Assembly (NCBI GenBank): GCA_964016885.1
Contig: OZ024753.1
Span: 558,001-622,000, forward strand
DNA from: Eledone cirrhosa
Taxonomy: Eukaryota
Length of the DNA stretch: 64,000 nucleotides
Direction: 5' to 3'
The notes under the pieces were generated by a model, which ran no database searches, was not told the DNA's origin, and worked only from the letters and a program-made list of their open reading frames with translations. Made by a program: the position numbers and the translations under genes. Shown here one piece after another: positions 19,234-34,615 of the stretch (position 1 is the stretch's first letter; every line of letters begins with the position of its first letter).

Positions 19234-19417
19234 TACAGTTACACAGTCTAATACGGTACAGTTATACAGTCTAATACGGTACAGTTACACAGTCTAATAC
19301 GGTACAGTTATACAGTCTAATACGGTACAGTTATACAGTCTAATACGGTACAGTTACACAGTCTAATACGGTACAGTTATACAGTCTAATACGGTACAGT
19401 TATACAGTCTAATACAA
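19234..19417. repeat. 23-bp minisatellite (TACAGTTAYACAGTCTAATACGG) x8
   Basis: Direct reading. Confidence 0.95.
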
Positions 19418-19732
19418 TACAATGTTTAATTCAGAGACGAAAACAGACGGGGAAAAAAAAAATTATTGGAAATTTTCTATATTATTTATTTTATTTGTAT
19501 ATTTTTTGCTAAACACAAAAAACATGTATGTATATAAATGTGTGTGTGTGGGTGTATATATATATATATATATATATACACAGACATGAGACAATAACAA
19601 AGAAGAATTGAAATATTCATTTAATATGGCTAAGAAGTGAGTCTTGTTACTTTGGAGTTTCACCTGCGCAGGTGTGTATGTGTGTATATATATACACATG
19701 CATATACGTATATACATGTATATGTATACATG

Positions 19733-19780
<48 letters not shown>

Positions 19781-20149
19781 TGTATACACATGCATATACA
19801 TATATTCATGTATATGTATATATATACACACATAAATACATAGAGACACACACACATATATATATATATATATATGTGCAAACACACATATACATATGTA
19901 CAGCTATATATATATATGTATATCCATATATACATACATATATGTGTAGTAAATGACCGTAATTCTTTTTAAAGGGCGCACCAATACTGTACAATATACG
20001 ATGGGCAAATGATGGTAAATGAAACAAAAAGTAATGTTTTACCCAATGTGTTATTATATTGCAGGGTTATTACCCTCTTCAGGTCTGAAACTATTCAAGA
20101 TAAAACAAACGAATGATTTCAGCTATCTTCTTTAACTGAAAAGAGTGTA

Positions 20150-20205
20150 ATATATATATCGATACATTTACATACATATATATATAGATACATACATACA
20201 TACAT

Positions 20206-20244
<39 letters not shown>

Positions 20245-20604
20245 TACATATATATAGATACATATATATATATAGATACATATATTGAGATACATATATA
20301 TATATAGATACATATATTAAGATACATATACATAGATACATATACATATATAGATACATATATATATAGATACATATATTGAGATACATATACATATATA
20401 TATAGAGATACATATATGTATATATATAGATACACATATATACATAAATAGACATATATATACATATATATGCATATATACATATATAGATACACATATA
20501 TACATAAATAGAGATATATATACATATATATGCATATATACATACATGCATTACATATATATCCATACATACATGTATATATATATATATATACACACAC
20601 ATGC

Positions 20605-20639
<35 letters not shown>

Positions 20640-20916
20640 TATATTCATACAAGTATACATATATATACATATACATATATATACATACAAGTATACATAT
20701 ATATGCATATATATACATACATATATATACATATACATATATACATACATATACATACATATACATATATACATACATATACATACATATACATATACAT
20801 ATATACATACATATACATATATACATACATATACATACATATACATATATACATACATATACATATACATACATATACATACATATATATATATATATAT
20901 ATACATACACATATAG
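20150..20916. repeat. Compound TA/TAGA/TACA microsatellite
   Basis: Direct reading. Confidence 0.93.
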
Positions 20917-21600
20917 CCATAGAAAATGTTAGGAGGACCCTCCAGTTGTGTCAAGGTCATGACAACCTCCCTAGTGTTGGTGATTTACATGATAAATGCA
21001 CCCAGTACACACTGTAAAGTGATTGCTGATAGCAAGGGAATTTAGACATAGAAATCTTGCCAAATGAAGGGTTCTGTGCACCCCCAGTTGTGTCAAAGGT
21101 ATGGCAATCTTTCCTGAGGACTTGATGGTATGTTAGTCCTTACATAAGCTCACGGTCCCTGGCCTACCTGGTAGATCACTGGCTTTGCTTCAGTAAGGAC
21201 TTAGTCTATATGGACCTGTCCAACCCTTGCTACCAGGTAAAGTGTGACATTAAAATAACAATGATGATGCTGATATATATCTATATATCATATATATGTC
21301 ATATATATGATATCTATATATCATATATATATATATCATATATGTCATATATATGATATCTATATATCATATATATATGATATATATAGATATATATCAT
21401 ATATCTATATATATGATATATATAGATATATGATATATATCTATATATCATATATATATATATATGATATATATCTATATATGATATATATATATAATAT
21501 ATATCTATATATCATATATCTATATATATGATATATCTATATATCATATATCTATATATATGATATATCTATATATCTATCTATATATATATATATATAT

Positions 21601-21723
21601 CTTCTGATGAAGGTCTAGTGTCCAACAAACTATAAAGACTCTTTTCCAACTATATAAAGCGTTAAACTAATATTGTTGTTCATTGTACTGTGTTGGTTGC
21701 TTTGTTGTTTCTGTTTACCTTTT
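21601..21723 (+). mobile_element. TA-anchored short element with degenerate hammerhead core, homologous to 39679-39800
   Basis: CTT-CTGATGA-AGGTCTAGTGTCC...CTATATAAAGCGTTAAACTAATA...TTCTGTTTACCTTT aligns to the reverse complement of 39679-39800. Confidence 0.7.
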
Positions 21724-21776
21724 GCACACAGACACACACACATATATACTAAATGTTTACTAACTGTTGACACATT

Positions 21777-21832
21777 TGTACTATGGTTTCACGCTGCTGT
21801 CCAAGTATTTGGACACAGTGATCTTCAGCAGT
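21777..21832 (-). ncRNA. Hammerhead ribozyme-like motif (type I, minimal)
   Basis: Minus strand: ug-CUGAAGA-[stem II with UGUCCAA/UUGGACA]-GAAA-CCAUAG-UA-ca. Confidence 0.6.
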
Positions 21833-21846
21833 AGAGAAAGCTATAG

Positions 21847-21882
<36 letters not shown>

Positions 21883-21886
<4 letters not shown>

Positions 21887-22058
21887 CGAAGGAAGTGTGG
21901 TAAGGAACCATAATGCACCAGAGTACTTAATACTTAGGGTAGTAGAGTGGGAAATAGGAAAATTTTTAACCCCGACAGGCAGAACTCAAGCCATTTCGAC
22001 AGCTATTTCTGGCGTCGAAATGGCTTAAGGTCTGCCATCGGGGTTAAACATTTTTCCA
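21883..22058. mobile_element. TA-anchored element with fold-back (arms 21957-22000 / 22014-22057); unfolded homologue at 36773-36900
   Basis: Shared GTGTGGTAAG..ACCATAATGCACCA.AGTACT..ATACTT.GGGTAGTAG head and GGGGT..TTTTC end. Confidence 0.7.
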
Positions 22059-22770
22059 TATATATATATATACATACACACATATATGCCAAAAATGGAG
22101 CATGCGAGCAATAGATAGACTGTGAGCAGCATTGCAGGTCAGCCAGCTATGAAGGCAGTTACTCTGAATAAGGACTGTTATGGCGTAGAGGGTACTCTTC
22201 AGTTTGCCTTGAAATAAAATGACTATACTTCACTACAAGACAATTGAACTGAAATAAGTTCTCCAAGAATGGACAATGGTATCATGTTAATGTTTATTAA
22301 TGTTAATAATGCTAATGTTAATAATGTTATATATAGAAAAATAAATTCAGAAAATTCTATTTATTGCTACAGTTAAGTAACAATCTAAATTTTTTTTCTA
22401 TTTATTTTGTATTGTGGCAATTGTTTTTTGTGTGTGTGTGTGTGTGTGGAGAGGGGGGTGGGTATTTTGTTGTAGCAGATATAGGGGTTATAACTGTTAG
22501 GAAAATGAAGGGCCTAAAAAATGAAATGAAAAAATAATATCGCAAAAATTAAATAAAAAATACGGAGTGAGGACAAAGCTGCAGAGATGTGTGCAGCCAA
22601 GCAGTCACTGTGGGTCAAAATGTGGCTACTCACTAGCATCGAAATGTTGACACGCAGTAGCCTTGAATTTACAATATTTTTTGCTCCAAGTGTCAAATGT
22701 TCCATGCAGTGGTTGAGAAAAAAATTTGAAGGAACATTGGTGGGGAGGGGCGTAATTAGTATTAATTACA

Positions 22771-22867
22771 TATAAAAATGACAAAACTCATTACTAGAAC
22801 AGCCATTAAAACAGATATTTAGTTGTTTCAACGGCTATTCTCGCAATGAGTTTTCTCATTTTTATAT
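22771..22867. repeat. Imperfect inverted repeat, ~35-bp arms
   Basis: TATAAAAATGACAAAACTCATT pairs with AATGAGTTTTCTCATTTTTATA. Confidence 0.75.
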
Positions 22868-23715
22868 GTATTCAAATACACTCTCGCTTCATCTTGATCA
22901 GAGACAACTTTGTTTTTTTCATTTAATATTGATTGGTTAAAAATACATTTATATTATTATATTATTCATAATTCATTTTTTCTTTTTTTGTTTGGCATCA
23001 ATCTAAAGACATTGGCAATGCATTCCAGAGTTGGTTAGCTTCTGTTTAGTAGATTCAATAAGTTAAACCACCTTAGAAGAAAATGTCAAACGTTTGCAAT
23101 GTAATTAATGAACTGATGAAAATAATGTAGAAAATATTACATTATGTATATATATATATATATGAAATAAATATAAACTCATCATCACTAAAAGACAATA
23201 TAAGAAACTGGTAAAAATAAATTAAATATAACACACACACATATATATATATGTGTGTGTATATATATATATGTGTATATATATATACATACATATATAT
23301 ATATATATGTATGTGTATGTATGCATATGTCTACATAAGTTCAAACAATGCTTCAGTAAAAAATGATAAGACAGAAATTACTAAGATTTTTAATGGAAAT
23401 AACCCCTACCCCTAAAAAAAAAAAAGAAAAAGATCATGGAATGATTAAAATGGTCAATGTATCTATACTTCCTAACAAACAAAAACATTGTCTGAAGTAA
23501 GGGTAAAAGAAAAAATTAATGCCAAAAATAAAATGAAAAAAAAAAAAGAAAAAATAATAAAACAAAAAAATATGTATCTTAAGAAGTGGATAGCAAACGT
23601 GAAGTAAGAATATTTTTCTGAAATAATTATTATTCCATGGAAAAAATATCTAACATAATAAAGCTTTAATTTATATTAAGAAAAATAAAAATGAAAATAA
23701 AATTATGCATCATGC

Positions 23716-23871
23716 ATTATTTGAGTTAAGAAAATTATCTAACCTTTTTTTTTCTTTTCTTCACTGAAACTGGTGGGATTGTCTAAATTTATAAAGACAA
23801 TTCCACTGGTTTCAGTGAAAAAAAAAATAAAGAAAAAAATTATTTGAGTTAAGAAAATTATCTAACCTTTT
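23716..23871. mobile_element. Hairpin insertion flanked by a 33-bp direct repeat
   Basis: ATTATTTGAGTTAAGAAAATTATCTAACCTTTT at 23716-23748 and 23839-23871, with a palindrome between them. Confidence 0.75.
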
Positions 23872-24159
23872 CATGACCATATTCCTAGTCATATACTGTA
23901 TTCCAATTAATTAATAAACTTTGAATGATTTGGTTATTATATTAAATTATTTTGGAAGATTCTAATTAAAAATAGGAACCCTTGAAAATTGGTTGTTTTG
24001 TTTAATAGAACCAGAACTGGTTTTGGCCAGACTGGTTTCAGAAGGGTTAAAGAAAAAATTTAAATAGATAACTTTTATAAAAGAAGAGTCCAGATTTCTG
24101 GGAGATAATTCTGTGCTAAGTTCAGTAATTTTTGCAGCACTGCATTATAATTATAATAA

Positions 24160-24382
24160 ATAATGGTTTCAAATTCAGGCACAAGGCCAGCAATTTAGGG
24201 GAGGGGAGAGTTGATTAAATCAACCCCAGTACTTAACTGGTACTTTATTTTATCAAACTGGGAAGGATGAAAGGCAAAGTAGACCTTGGCGGGATTTGAA
24301 TTCAGAACATAAAAGGGCCGTAACTATGTGCCATGAAGCATTTTGTCCGACTCTCTACTGATACTGCAAATGCACCGCCCCG
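24160..24382 (-). mobile_element. Meta-type tRNA-SINE
   Basis: Homology to 38326-38518. Confidence 0.8.
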
Positions 24383-24928
24383 ATGATGATGATAATAATA
24401 ATAATAATAATAGTAGTAGTAATAAAATTGCACAAATTATCCAATAATCTCCAAAAAAGCAAAAATCCAGTCAAGGTGTCACTTAAGAATGTTAGTTCCT
24501 GATAAAATCAACTTAGAAAAATTTCACTGGTGATTCTATCAACACTAACTTTGTATTATTCTCCAGATTTGTCCTGTCTATTCACATAGAAGTATGAGGC
24601 TATACATACATACATGTAAACAAGGGCGTCTGTTTTGACTTATTACACACTCCAACCCCTATCTTTGGGAGCTAGTCGGGGAGGAAGTGTGCAGTAAATT
24701 CTAAATGTTTTAAATATGTAATAAAATGCCTTCCATTGAAGGACATTATATATTTCTCGACTATTTCTCCCAAGCTACGACAGCGCTTCGGAAATAATCA
24801 GAGAGCATCACGTACTTCACCATCAGTTGAGCAGCGAAATTCTTGACTGAGAATCAATTAAAAAAGTGCATAAAAGAATATATTGAGAGCGCAAAAGAAT
24901 TATAAAACACACACACACACACACACAT

Positions 24929-24964
<36 letters not shown>

Positions 24965-27900
24965 CAATTATTTAAAATGCTAAAATAATTCTAATGAAGG
25001 GATACAAAATAAAATTATATATTTATATATATATATAAATATACATATATATATCATGCAGCTGAATAAAATAAACTAAATTAATCTAATTTACACATGA
25101 GTGTAGAGTGAACCGTAAAGTTTGTTTGCCACTATGATGAAAGCCAACAAAAGTGTGTTAAATGAAGAAATGAAAACTTTGCTAATCAAAATGGCAGCAA
25201 GATGGGAACCAAAAACCAAAAGAAGCACACAGACTATTATTTAGAAAAGGATTTGACAATGAAGGAAGAGGAAGGAGAACAACAATAATAAAAAACACCA
25301 CGATGAACATGATAAAGGAAGGACGGAGGTTTTCTAATGAAATAAAAGGTAAAAGCAAATGCAGTTTTATTGCATAAGGAATGACCGAACTAGCAGTTAA
25401 ACAGGTGACAGATAAGGAAATGGTAGTATTAGAGGAAATATAAATAAACGGAAAATCTCTTATTAGCAGTTCAATAAAATTTCATTTTTTAACTTTGTTA
25501 GAGGAAATAGGAAATGTCAGTGAGGAAGGTGAAACAAAAAAGAAAAAAACATGAAAAACAAAAAATGAAGGAATGTTAGAGGGTTAAAATGTTAAATGGA
25601 AGGGAAAACTATTTTGACTATAAACTAAAAAAAAGGGAAAATTAATCTGACCATTTTTTTAAAAGTCTCTTTTTGTTTAAAGAGATGTTTCTAAATGAGC
25701 CAAACATGTGTGTCAAAGTTGGTTTGAGTTGATGCCAACAGCTAGATGGTAGTAAATTTAGCCTTTCAATGACACTCAATGTCATTCCTGAAATTTTAGA
25801 GAAGGAATTATCAATAACATCAGTTATTTTGCAATTAAAGATGATGATTATTAAAATAAAAAATATATATATATATTTCTATCACCTTTATGACAAAATA
25901 AAACTGAACACAAACAGAACCAAAACAAAACTTCTCCCTGCCAACCTCCCAACGCCCACTGGTTATCAAAACAAAATGTAAGAATGGGGGAGTGAGGTAC
26001 TGCCATTTTGAAATCAATCAATCAATCAATCTCAATAAACCAATAATATATGAGAGAAGGAGGCAGAAGAGGAGAAAAAATACATGTAGAAAGTGAAAAT
26101 GAAGAACAAGAAATCTTAACCAGAAATAAGTTATTATTTTAAACAGCTCACTGATGACTACTTTTCGTACATTTTTCCAATCTTTGAAGCAAAGAAATCA
26201 AGTTGATGCATTTTAAAGCAAATACTTGTGGAAAGCACAATGATGGTGTGTAAGAAAAACAAAAAAATATTTACATATATATATCAAAAGGTGTTCGACG
26301 GGTCTAAATTGAAATTGCACTTTGTTTTGAGACATGAAAAGCAGGCACAACAACCAAGAGGTAAGCAAGGCTAAGATATCTAAAGGAAATAATCCTTGGT
26401 TTGATAGAAGCACATGTAAATGGGAGAAGGATTTAATAATCACGCGAAAGATGAAATGTGCAGTGTAGTCCAAGGATAACAGGTGAGAGTGTGGCATAGA
26501 GCTAAAGAGAATTGAGGGGAAAGAGTTCATCAGATCGAGTTATCTATATATCATCACTAACTTTCTACGATAACAGTTTATAGAAAATATTTTATCACCA
26601 TGATGCTTATATTTCATCACTGACTTTCTTTGATAACGGGTTATGGAATATAATTTTATCATTATGGTATCCCAGTACACCCTACAAAGTTGTCAGGGAT
26701 AGGAATGGCATCCCACAGTAGAAACCATGCCAAAAAGGATCAAGAAGACTTTTAGTTGTATCAGGGGCATGACAACCACTCTAGCATTGGTGATCCACAT
26801 AATAAATGCTCCTAGTTAACTCTACACATTAGTTGGTGATATGAAGGGCATCCAGCCATAGAAAACCTGCAAAATAAAGGGTCAGGAGGACTCTTTAGCT
26901 GCGTGAAAGACATGGCAGCTTCCCTAGTGCTGGCACCACAAATAGTTAATTTAATCTAAATATTGAAATAACTAACAATTATTTTTTATGAAATGAAGTT
27001 AGAAACATATCACTAGTTGAAATGGAAAAAGAACCATAAAAACCATTTATTCTTTTACAGATTTTTGGGTTCAAGCATTGGACTACAAACTTACTGAGGC
27101 ACAGCCTTCTAGATGTATAATCACTTATATTAACCTCAGTATATATTTTATCAACTGGTATTTAATTTCATCAACCTTGGAAGGATGAAAGGCAAAGTGA
27201 ATTGGAGTGGAATATAAACTCAGAACATAAGTGACATAACCAAACATCACAAGGTATTTTCTGTGAGACACTCTCCTTATTCTACCAGCCACCAGTTATA
27301 TCTGTATATAATAGCTACAAAATAAAGCTACAGGCATTTAAAGCTTAAAAAAACATGCAATCACATAGCACTAATATTAACCTGATATTAACCCTTTCAT
27401 TGCCATATTTCTAATGAAAGACACTGCATATAATTTTCAAATAGTTTTGAAAATAACTAAGAATTTAGAGGACTCCAGTAATATAACTAACTTCCTCATT
27501 ATTAAGCTAGTGTCTGAAACATAGTTATACTTCTTACATGAAATTATGATGAATAGTTTTAGATAACTATAAACTCTTTAAAATACAAATCTTTGAATAA
27601 TAGAAACATGTTTTGGGGGGGGGGGGGGGGGCATTTTGTATCAAAATGTTATGTAATTTGAAGTGGTGATGGTGGAGAGAGTGATACTATAAAAATGTAA
27701 CAGTATTAAGTCTGTGTTGTTATTAACTCTTAAATCCTGCAATGATTTAGCAGAAAATATTTATTTGTTAATTCAAATATTTGTAGTATTTATACTAGCA
27801 GATAAATCATTGTAAAAATTTGTAATATTAGACTAAAGACTAATTTTAATGTGATGCCATCATAGTGGTATTTTGTACTTTTCAAGAATGCTTTGTTAAT

Positions 27901-29496
27901 GTGGTTCCAAGTGGTTTCAGTTGGGTAGGTGGGGATTGAAAAGCAGCAGTGAGTGTCAATGTGAGGATGCATCATGCATGTGAAGGGAATGGGCAAATAT
28001 ATCATGTAGCAAAGCCCTACACCACATCTACCTGGGAAAGGGATATAATGTCAACACAAACAGAACTATTTTGAATGGAAACACAGAGATTTCGGAGAAA
28101 ATACAATAGTTGATGCTTGCAGATTATACTCCCCTTACACAAAAATATGTTGCCTTAAAATTTTTAGAACTAACTATATATAAATGTATATATATATTAC
28201 ATAATATATACCATATATATTATAAAGTATTTACATATTACATTATATATGTATATATAATATATATACATATATAATATATATATCATTTACATAATAC
28301 AGTGATCATATATATATATATATATATATAGATAGATAAGAATATTAAAAAGAAAAATCTTTGCCTGCAAACAGTCAAGTATCTCAAAAGAAATTTGAAA
28401 ACACCTTTTGTGGTTTGTAGGTTTTGAATGTTGTTCTAATGATGAAATGGTTTTGCAAACAAAAATATAGCTTGCTTTTTACTAGAAGAGGAAAGGAACC
28501 AAATATCAGATTGGTTCAAGAAACGAATGGTCTTTTCATTGCTGATACTATCTGCCAGATGTAACTCTCAGTAGAAGGAGCAACGTGAAATAAAGTAATT
28601 TGTTCAAGAACACAATGCACTACTTGGCCTGGGAATCAGACCCATGACATTATTATCTTGAGTCTAATACCCTAACCACCAGGTTACATGCCATCACTGA
28701 TTTCTACTAAGATGTACAAAAAGGGTGACAAGGATACAAAAGACAGGAAATAAAAAATGGCAAAGAGCAATATATAAACGAGCTTGGAAAAATAAAAGTT
28801 CACAATACATTAAAGAGAGGATATTTCTGTCGTAATGGAGTACATCAGTACAGAGCTAGACTGTAGAACATTTAAAGATAGACATGTTCTTAAAAATAGT
28901 TGGAGAGAAAAGATCTTTTTAAAATAATCTTTTCTCTATAATTATTTTTAAGAACATTTCAAGACAAGATAGTTTTGGGAGAAATTCACTGATTACTGAA
29001 GAGAAGACCACTAAAACTTAGGTTCCCTGCTGATCAAAATATGGCAGTATAAGGATGGAATTGATGTTTCTTTTTATGAAGACAAGATCTATATAACAAC
29101 TGAATATTTAGACAACAACAACATACAAAATTAAAACAATAGTACAGCTGCTACTGTTGTTGCTATTGTTACTATTATAGAGATTACTACTACAGTAACA
29201 AAGAGAATAATTTGATAGGCAGAACATGGAAGTTGACAAAAAGGAAATAAGAAAAGAACACAGTTCAATAGAACCAATTCATTGAAAAAGATTTATTTTA
29301 AAATGGCATGAGATAAGAGAAAAGATAATTCTGACTTAAGCTAACTTTACACATTTGTCTAATAATCTAATAAGTAACACTTTTATGATTCTGTCTACTG
29401 GGGCCAATAGGCAATATCCATCTGAGGTTTTGCACTTCAGAGACAGAATGGACTAATGAAGAATGGGTTTGGTTGATTCATGCTGTCACAGTTAGC

Positions 29497-29548
<52 letters not shown>

Positions 29549-29809
29549 ACACAGAAGTCAGACGAGCTTTTGATTCCAGAGTTGGGCCAGATCAATACAG
29601 ATCCAGCCTTGAGCTCATCAATCGCAAAACGCGCGTCACACCTCATTAAATGGAATGTAGATCTAACACTTCATCTTTTTTATTATTAGTATATCTCCAC
29701 CATGCCTACCAGCCCACAAAGCTGGCATCAGGTGTCATTCGGGGATCGTCTGTTATTGATATAACATCAAATTAGCAGGCTGTCCTCGAATCAAATTTTC
29801 TATTTCTAT

Positions 29810-29912
29810 CTCCTATCTTCTATTTTTTGTTCTATCTCCTATCTTCTGTTCTATCTCCTATCTTCTGTTCTATCTCCTATCTTCTGTTCTATCTCCTATC
29901 TTCTGTTCTATG
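29810..29912. repeat. 19-bp minisatellite (TCTATCTCCTATCTTCTGT)
   Basis: Direct reading. Confidence 0.85.
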
Positions 29913-30131
29913 TTTGGGTTTAATGTAATCCTGTAACATAATTCTGCAAATAACACCTAATGAAACAAACTAGTCTTGCATCATAATCTGATGATAGAAC
30001 TTGCTTTTACGTGGTTGTTACATTGTGATTTCTTGAGGATAAGCCGGTCTGAGTAATCCAAAAGCACTTCACGTCAGTAGTTTATCTAAGCTAAGAGTTG
30101 GTGATTAAGAGTGACGAAGTATTCATTTATC

Positions 30132-30440
30132 AAATAAGAGTAGTTAAGATGGGGTTATTTCACCATAATTGCTTTATTGCATGATATATATTTTTGTGAC
30201 ATGGCTATTGCATGTGACTTCATCAGATTCATATGCAATCATAAGTGTAGTTACACAATCATTGGGGTATGGCACAGGTCATGTATTACCATCCTGTTGG
30301 CATCACAACAGGATGGTAATACATGACCAGCAGCATATCCCAATGATTGTAACTACACCTATGATTTCATATGTATCTGATGAAGCCACATGCAATAAAG
30401 CAATTATGGTGAAATAATCGTATCTTAACTACTCTTATTT
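30132..30440. repeat. Long fold-back (~135-bp arms, centre ~30302); each arm carries a CTGATGA...GAAA motif
   Basis: AAATAAGAGTAGTTAAGAT/ATCTTAACTACTCTTATTT and CATGTATTACCATCCTGTTG/CAACAGGATGGTAATACATG; ends in (TA)n. Confidence 0.85.
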
Positions 30441-32144
30441 TATATATATATATATACACACACATAATGAATGTATTATATAGACACACTAGTCCCTTTT
30501 CTATGATTTATCTGTGCAAGTAATTAGGTAAGAAATGTATTTATTCTCAGACATATATCAATGCTAACATCACTGTCTAGTTATGTTAGAAATAAACACA
30601 CATATTACTTCATCATACCATAATAGGGTCTAATAAGTAGCATGTAAAACTATTACCCTTACTGCAATGCTAAAACCAGTGAGGATAGTGAAATAGACAG
30701 CCAAATTCCAAATACTGATTGATTCAAATCAAAGTAAATAAGTCAATGAATGCACACCAAGTTACTTAAATGTAGTGATCTCATCTCTCAAAATTCTACA
30801 GTTCAAGCCATTCTGGAGAATATATAGATTCAAGAAACAGTAAAAATGTTTTTGTATTTGCTTTGTAAAATTCTTAAAGTGAAATTGTGTATGGAACCTG
30901 ATATTGTTCTTTTTGGGAAGGGTTATGCTGCCAATAAAAACATGAGCATCAATTGGGTTTCACTTCAGCTTTTTATTATTAATTCATCCATCTGTTTGTT
31001 AAACAACCAAAAGGATATTTACCTAATTGTCAAAGCTCTTTTGTCACATGCCCTGTGGCCATTTCAATGATTTCTTTTGTTCATTGTGTGCCTTCAGCTT
31101 TAGTTACCTGATTAATATATAACAACAAAAGTGAAATTCAAATAATGCATTTGTTTTTATTGGCAGCATGATCCTCCCAAAGTATTAAAAAGTTTCAGAT
31201 TCTGTTGTCGTTTTCTGTATCTTATCTTGAATATTGTTGGATTCTTGATAAGGAAATAAAACATTGCAAACCTACAAATAGATAGTTTCTGACTATAGCA
31301 GAATAACATATTAAAAATGGAAGATGGGTAGGAGGAAATACTTAATAATAATGATTTCTAAGGTAGGGACATGGCCAACATACCCAGAGAGAGGGCAAAA
31401 TTGATTAAATCAACACCAGTACTCAACAGGTAGTTTTATTTTACTGACCCTGAAAGGATGAAAGGCTAAGTTGAACACAATGGGATTTGAACTCAGAACA
31501 TAAAGGACCATAATGTAGTAATTAAAAAAATAAGTGATTTTAGCTATTATTTGTAGAATCTTACTAAACAGAATTGAGCATTGCCATGAGAAAATTTTCA
31601 CCGAAAATGGTAATTGGATTTTTCTTTAACTTTTATTTTATTTTTTGTGGGGTTAAATAAATTATAGTAATATATTTTAAACAATTCGTTGATGAAATAA
31701 ATGCTTTACATTTTCATCTCTTTTTTTTTTTGTTTGAAAATTAATAAAGAATTAAATATGTAAAAAATAAGTTGTAAAATATTGCCTGTCACTAACAAAA
31801 ACAGAAATATAAAAATGAAGGCAGCAACGGAGGCAAAAAAACAATAAATTAATGAATAAATATTGATTAAAATAATATTAATTCATTAAATTCAAATTAG
31901 CAAAAGCAAAACAAAACAAAAAAATGTTCTTGTGTTAATGATTCCAAGAACATTACAAGACATATTTGAGGATTTTTCTTTGGAAATTTAATAAATAAAA
32001 ATAGAAAATTATTACTCCTGTATTTCCAATAGAGTTTTACCTCTTAATTACTCATATCCTACATTTCTCATGCCTAAAGGTTGGCAATGGGGATTTCAGT
32101 TAATATATACATTATTTTTCAATATAAATAAAAGGGGTGATAAG

Positions 32145-32902
<758 letters not shown>

Positions 32903-33257
32903 GGTCACTAAGTGTGTGTGTGTGTGTGTGTTGGGGACTGGGTCAAATCAACTAGAGCAAAGCATGTTATATCAATATATTTAGGGTTTGGAAAGGGGAC
33001 TCCATAAAAAATAGCATTGTAAGTTTGTTCACATGTTATCCTCTTGTATTTTTCTCTTGAATGAGTTCATTGTGTCAGGCATACATAGTTCCCAGTTCAT
33101 TGATAATGAGTAAACACAGACAGACTTGGTTTAGTGTTCAGTTCAGATTTGAACAAAAAACAAACAAAATTAAACAAAGCAAAAATGTTAAAACCTATTC
33201 AACAACAACATATCATTATAATGGAATATTTTCCAGAATTACTGACTAAATATTGAA

Positions 33258-33487
33258 TTATATATATATAATACAAATATATGTATATTAATATATATAT
33301 ATATATACATATATTTATATATATATATATATATACATATATTTATATATATATATATATATACATATATTTATATATATATATATATATACATATATTT
33401 ATATATATATATATATATACATATATTTATATATATATATATACATATATTTATATATATATATATATATATATAAATATATGTATA

Positions 33488-33525
<38 letters not shown>

Positions 33526-33658
33526 AATATATGTATATATGTATATATATATATATATATAAATATATGTATATATGTATATATATATATATATATAAAT
33601 ATATGTATATATATATAAATATATGTATATTAATATATATATATATATATGTATATTA

Positions 33659-33693
<35 letters not shown>

Positions 33694-33839
33694 TAAATAT
33701 ATGTATATATATATATATATAAATATATGTATATATATATAAATATATGTATATTAATATATATATATATATACAAATATATGTATATTAATATATATAT
33801 ACAAATATATGTATATTAATATATATATATATATACATA

Positions 33840-33879
<40 letters not shown>

Positions 33880-34240
33880 TATGTATATTAATATATATAA
33901 ATATGTATATTAATATATATATATATATATATAAATATATGTATATATAAATATAAATATATATATATGTATATATATAAATATATGTATATAAAAATAT
34001 ATACATATATAAATATAAATATATGTATATAAATATATATATATAAATATACATGTATATGAATATATGTGTATATATATATGAATATATATGTATATAA
34101 ATATATATGTATATATATGTATATAAATATATATAAATATATGTATATAAATATATGTATATAAATATATATAAATATATGTATATAAATATATATGTAT
34201 ATATATATATGTATATATATATATGTATATAAATATATAA

Positions 34241-34287
<47 letters not shown>

Positions 34288-34372
34288 AATATATATGTAT
34301 ATAAATATATATGTATATAAATATATATGAATATAAATATATATGTATATAAATATATATATATATGTGTGA

Positions 34373-34405
<33 letters not shown>

Positions 34406-34492
34406 TACATACATGAAATATATACATACATACATACACACGCATGTACATATTATATATATATATGTGTATGGATGCATGTATGTATATAT
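33258..34492. repeat. (TA)n array with TAAA/TGTA interruptions, just downstream of the FRMD stop codon
   Basis: Direct reading. Confidence 0.93.
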
Positions 34493-34615
34493 GTTTTTAT
34501 GTAGTGTACATGCTTTAAATAAATATCATTTTGAACAACTGAACAATTACTGACTGGGAGAAGATGGGGCAACTGGAACACACAAGTCAATTATATTATA
34601 TTTTAGCGATGGAAC

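Noticed and set aside
20030-20090. Hammerhead at minus-strand CUGAAGA-gggu-aaua-accc; similar partial motifs at 40973 and 54250-54305
   Set aside because: Missing GAAA, core substitutions or no stem I; at best decayed relics
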